The position numbers and the translations under genes are program-made. The notes under the pieces are model-generated. The model searched no databases. It was not told the DNA's origin and saw only the letters and a program-made list of their open reading frames with translations. A stretch of 64,000 nt of DNA from an uncultured Pseudomonadota bacterium (GTDB taxonomy: Bacteria > CALINM01), in the NCBI GenBank assembly GCA_964540515.1, contig CAZIMS010000010.1:6395-70394 (forward strand), read 5' to 3'. Positions 59,481 through 64,000 of this stretch are shown one piece after another (the first letter of the stretch is position 1; every line of letters begins with the position of its first letter).

Positions 59481-61206
59481 TAATGAGAGAACGAAGAGAT
59501 AAAATTTTTTATAAAGCCTTTAAAATAACCCTTGCTATATGGATAGGGATTTTTACAACCCTTTTTGTATCCTCAAAGGCCTTTTCTATTACATTAATTA
59601 ATAACAATGCCACAGCAGAATATACTGTGGGAGGACTTACTAAAACTACCCTTTCTAATTTAGTAAAAAGTAAAGTTTGTGAAAGAGCTGATTTAGAGTT
59701 ACTTAGGTACGCACCAACCTCAATTAAGGCAAAAAAGCATATTTTTAGAAAAACCCTTTATATCACTGCTAACGGCACAGAAGTTGAGCTTTCAAATCCT
59801 AAAGACTTTATCTCCAATAATGAAATACCTTCGGGGATTGAAGTACCATTATCTATAGCAGATATATTTCATGCTGGCGAACCTGCCTTTTTAAAAGTTA
59901 TTGACGGTGACCATAATATTGATAATACAAAAATTGATGAGATTACGGTAAGCATACTTGTATATAACGAAAAAAAAGGTGAAATCTACGACGAAGAGAA
60001 ATTAAAAATTTTTGAAACTGATGTTGATACAGGAGTATTTATAGGCTTTATAGAGTCCTCAAGAAAATCTGCCATAAAAAACGACGGTCTTTTAAGCGTA
60101 AAAGAGAATTTTAAAATAATTCTCTCCTAAGCTGATAATTGTGGTCCTGACGATACCTCTACCAATGTTAAAATAATTAAGTCATCCAGTCTTGTTGACC
60201 CCTTTGGTATAATCTTTGATAGTTCCAATGGTAAACCTTTAAATGGTGTAAAAATTACTTTACTTAATGCAAGCACAAACCTGCCTGCAACTGTCTATGG
60301 TGATGACGGTGTGAGTACCTTCCCATCGACTGTCATAACTGGTAGCACAGTAACTGATAGCTCAGGCGTAGTCTATGTATTTAGTGAAGGTGAGTATAGA
60401 TTCCCTCTAATACCTGCTGGTGATTATATACTCAAAGTTGAACCTCCTAATGGATACAAATGGCCTTCTTTAGTGTCTGATGAAAACTTAAATAAGCTTA
60501 ATAATGGTGCTTTTATAATAACAATTGGCTCAAGGGGAGAGACCTTTAATGTTCCCCATGACTCACTACCTATTAAAATAGATATTCCTTTAGACCCTGT
60601 AAATTTAACTGCTCTTTACCTCACAAAAGAAGCTGCTAAAGAAACAATATCTTTAGGAGAGTTTTTGAGATATAAATTAACTTTGGAAAACATAAGCCTC
60701 TATAACATAAATAATGTTGTGGTTAAAGATAATCTGCCCCTTGGTTTTAAATATAAATCTGGTTCTACAAAGGTTAATGGCACTCAAATTCAAGACCCTA
60801 TAATATCAGCCGATGGTAGAACCTTAGAGTATTTCTTAGGCAATTTAGCCACTAATTCAAAGATTGTAATAACCTATGTAGTAGAGATTGCAGCAGGAGC
60901 TAAGTTTGGTAATTCACAAAATGTTGCATTCGCTATTGGAGATGGTGGAATGAATTCTAACACTGCTAAGGCAGAAGTTCTCGTTAAAGATGACCTATTT
61001 CAGACAAAAAGCTTTATAATTGGAAAAGTAGCAATAGGCTGTAAAAATGTAGAACAGGACACTAAACCTGAAATAAAGATTGAAAAAGAGATAGAATATA
61101 TAAAAAAAGAAGAAAAGGGGAGTTTATCTGCTCAGTTATTTAGTTCTATTTCTGAGAAGGATAGTATCTATAATTTTATAAATAGGATTAATCTAAGAAA
61201 TTCCGA

Positions 61207-61915
61207 TTTAGGTGTCAGTAATGTTCGTGTAATCATTAAAGTACCAGACGGTATGAGATATCAGAGTGGTAGCAGTAGTTTTGGAGACAAGCCTATAGAG
61301 CCTCAAATAATACAAGGTAGTGAGCTTACTTATAAATTAGGAGACTTACCTGCTGGATTTAATGGCGACCTAACCTTTTTAACAATGCTACCAAAAACAC
61401 AAAAAGATACTGAGTTAACAACAAAGGCATCAGTAATATTTGATACTGAAAACGAAAAAGATCTAATTATAGATGGTTTAGATACAGTATATAAACTTAC
61501 AAGAAAGAGTGAAGCAACAACAGTTCCACCTATAGTAATAAGACCTAATTTTAGTTCTGGCAGTGCCATACTTACGGAGGAAGACAAGCTTAGGTTAGAT
61601 GACCTAATATCTCGACTAAAGGATTACAAGATAAAAAGTATAGAAGTTATAGGACACACAGATAATCAAAAAATGGGACAAAGGCTAAAGAGCACTTATC
61701 CTGATAACTATGCCCTCTCAAAGGCAAGGGCAGAAAGTGTTATCAGTTATCTAATGAGATTTTTAGACTTATCACCTGCTACATTAAGGACAGTAGGTAA
61801 AGGAGAAGATGAACCAGTAGTACCAAACACAAATGAGTATAATATGTCTATCAACAGAAGAGTTGAGATTAATATCATCGCAGAAAAAGTTAACAATTTT
61901 TATCAAGTTTTGCCA
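61207..61915 (+). repeat. 709-bp direct repeat, copy 1
   Basis: Identical by eye to 62446-63154 (offset 1239 bp = 413 codons). The ORF track shows identical shadow ORFs at 61330 and 62569, same offset. Confidence 0.92.
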
Positions 61916-62445
61916 CTTGTAGAAAAAAGTAAAATCAAAAATAAAGAGTTTGTTACTACAAAAATAGAGAAGAGAGAGACGATAAAAGAGGTTCAGAATA
62001 AAAAGAAGGAAGAAAAGGTAGACAACTTTGGGGAAGGTGTACCAGGCATTCGCATATACATGGAAGATGGAACTTATGTAATTACCGATAAAAACGGGAT
62101 GTATCACTTTGAAGGCATAAAACCTGGTGCTCATGTGCTACAGCTTGACAAAAAGACCATACCAGAAGGCTATGAAGCAGTACTATATGAGGATAACACA
62201 AGATTCGCTGGAACGCCTTACTCAAGATTTGTTGATATTCAAGGTGGCACTGTGTGGAGAGCCGACTTTTACCTTTGTAAAAAACCAAAAGAAGAAAAAA
62301 AACCTTTAGAAGTTACGACAGACAAGTTAGTAGAGAAAACAACAGTCGTAAAGAAGGGTACCTTAAAAACAAGCCTTATTAGCTCTTTAGTAGATAATCT
62401 CAATGAAAAAAATATTCGCTATAAACTACCTTTAAACGTAGAAGC

Positions 62446-63154
62446 TTTAGGTGTCAGTAATGTTCGTGTAATCATTAAAGTACCAGACGGTATGAGATAT
62501 CAGAGTGGTAGCAGTAGTTTTGGAGACAAGCCTATAGAGCCTCAAATAATACAAGGTAGTGAGCTTACTTATAAATTAGGAGACTTACCTGCTGGATTTA
62601 ATGGCGACCTAACCTTTTTAACAATGCTACCAAAAACACAAAAAGATACTGAGTTAACAACAAAGGCATCAGTAATATTTGATACTGAAAACGAAAAAGA
62701 TCTAATTATAGATGGTTTAGATACAGTATATAAACTTACAAGAAAGAGTGAAGCAACAACAGTTCCACCTATAGTAATAAGACCTAATTTTAGTTCTGGC
62801 AGTGCCATACTTACGGAGGAAGACAAGCTTAGGTTAGATGACCTAATATCTCGACTAAAGGATTACAAGATAAAAAGTATAGAAGTTATAGGACACACAG
62901 ATAATCAAAAAATGGGACAAAGGCTAAAGAGCACTTATCCTGATAACTATGCCCTCTCAAAGGCAAGGGCAGAAAGTGTTATCAGTTATCTAATGAGATT
63001 TTTAGACTTATCACCTGCTACATTAAGGACAGTAGGTAAAGGAGAAGATGAACCAGTAGTACCAAACACAAATGAGTATAATATGTCTATCAACAGAAGA
63101 GTTGAGATTAATATCATCGCAGAAAAAGTTAACAATTTTTATCAAGTTTTGCCA
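62446..63154 (+). repeat. 709-bp direct repeat, copy 2
   Basis: Runs TTTAGGTGTCAGTAA...CAAGTTTTGCCA exactly as copy 1; flanking bases differ. Confidence 0.92.
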
Positions 63155-64000
63155 ATAAAGGAGAAAAACGAAGATAAATATCTGAAATTCATAAAAACTG
63201 AGACTGTAAAAGAAGAGGTTACCAAGCTTGAAAAAAAGACAAGTCAAACTGAAAAGAATGAACAATCCAATAAAAGAGAGATAAAATCTATTAGTGATCT
63301 TACACAAGAATGGATTGAGAGAGAAAGACCAGGTTTTGAGTTTGTTTTACCAAAAGACGGATATTATCCACCTTTACCGTACTTGGATATTGCTATAAAG
63401 TATGACCCCAGCTCAAAATTAAGATTATTTATCAATGGCAAAGAAGTGGAAGACATTTTCGTTGATTCAACGAGAAAAAATAGCATGCTTCTAACAGGAT
63501 TAAAAATTTGGTCTGGTGTAAACCTAACAGAGGGAGACAATGTATTAGAAGCTATTGAGTATGATGCTAAAGGTAAGGAATCGAGAAGAATCAAAAAAAT
63601 AGTCCATTACTCAGGACCACCCGTAACACTTAAACTTGTTCCCGAAAAATCTAGGCTTATCGCCGATGGCAAAAATCCACCTGTTATTGCTGTTAAACTA
63701 CTTGATAAAGACGGACATCCTGCAAGGGAAAATGTTGTTGGCGAATACACAATCTTGCCACCCTATATGCCATTTAATGTATTGAAGGACTTACAGGCTG
63801 ACCCATTAACTAAATCAACTAAAGCCTATAGTAATTACATTGTTAAAGAAGAAGGAATAACCTACATTGAGCTTGCACCCACATCTCAAACAGGTGAGGT
63901 AACGATTAAGTTTAACCTCATAAGCGGTGAAAAAGAACTAAAAGTATGGCTAAAACCTGAAAAAAGAGATTGGATATTAGTTGGACTTGCCGAAGGCACA

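Larger units (their letters stand above)
59483..64000 (+). pseudogene. giant exported DUF11/OmpA-domain protein (putative usher-like outer-membrane component) with one in-frame TAA; 3' end beyond the window
   Basis: Signal peptide from ATG 59483; TAA at 60128-60130 (codon 216). The same frame is then open for 1290 codons to 64000: LVDPFGIIFDS, DUF11 (LYLTKEA..YKLTLEN..VKDNLPLGFKY), two OmpA-like domains (IEVIGHTD..LSKARA..GKGEDEP..NRRVEI), RIYMEDG..YHFEG, and WILVGLAEGT at the edge. Confidence 0.8.

Noticed and set aside
60128-60130. Selenocysteine or pyrrolysine recoding of the internal stop
   Set aside because: The codon is TAA, not TGA or TAG, and I see no SECIS-like element.
1457-63594. 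About 45 short antisense or alternative-frame ORFs in the track (e.g. 10688-10996, 24595-25095, 48548-48868, 61330-61587)
   Set aside because: They lie inside well-supported genes, have no motifs or SD, and have the Ser/Phe/Ile-rich composition of reverse-frame shadows.
1-64000. CRISPR array, tRNA, rRNA, prophage or integrase
   Set aside because: No regularly spaced short repeats, cloverleaf, rRNA signature or phage gene block seen by eye; not checked computationally.

Overview
AT-rich bacterial chromosome segment (about one-third G+C by eye). Gene content and order resemble Geobacter/Desulfobacterota-type anaerobes; that taxonomy is inference. Left to right: (1) sulfate-assimilation operon on the minus strand (siroheme sulfite reductase, TusA, cysC, cysH, then a PstS-fold binding protein cut by the window edge); (2) an internally deleted IS3 remnant; (3) a sigma54-driven Cus-type heavy-metal RND efflux operon with tandem enhancer sites and its own two-component system; (4) DUF485-actP; (5) housekeeping genes (recG, transglutaminase-like lipoprotein, greA, carB, rlmD, murI, tonB, HIT); (6) perR-rubrerythrin-desulfoferrodoxin-peroxiredoxin operon; (7) diguanylate cyclase, macrodomain protein and an SfsA-DUF123 fusion; (8) a lone glutaconyl-CoA decarboxylase alpha gene; (9) a ~14.8 kb minus-strand operon in which an NHL lipoprotein and three multiheme cytochromes, one strongly OmcE-like, are fused head-on to a T2SS with a PilMNOP-like platform; (10) gltB; (11) a sigma54-promoted five-gene DUF11 operon that looks like a non-canonical pilus/adhesin system. 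Two of its genes are interrupted (a 1-nt frameshift in a C6 tract and an in-frame TAA). Its last gene is mostly missing from the ORF track, runs off the window, and carries a 709-bp exact in-frame duplication of an OmpA-like module. The best candidates for an under-described system are (9) and (11). I saw no rRNA, tRNA or CRISPR array. All family calls come from motif recognition, not database searches.
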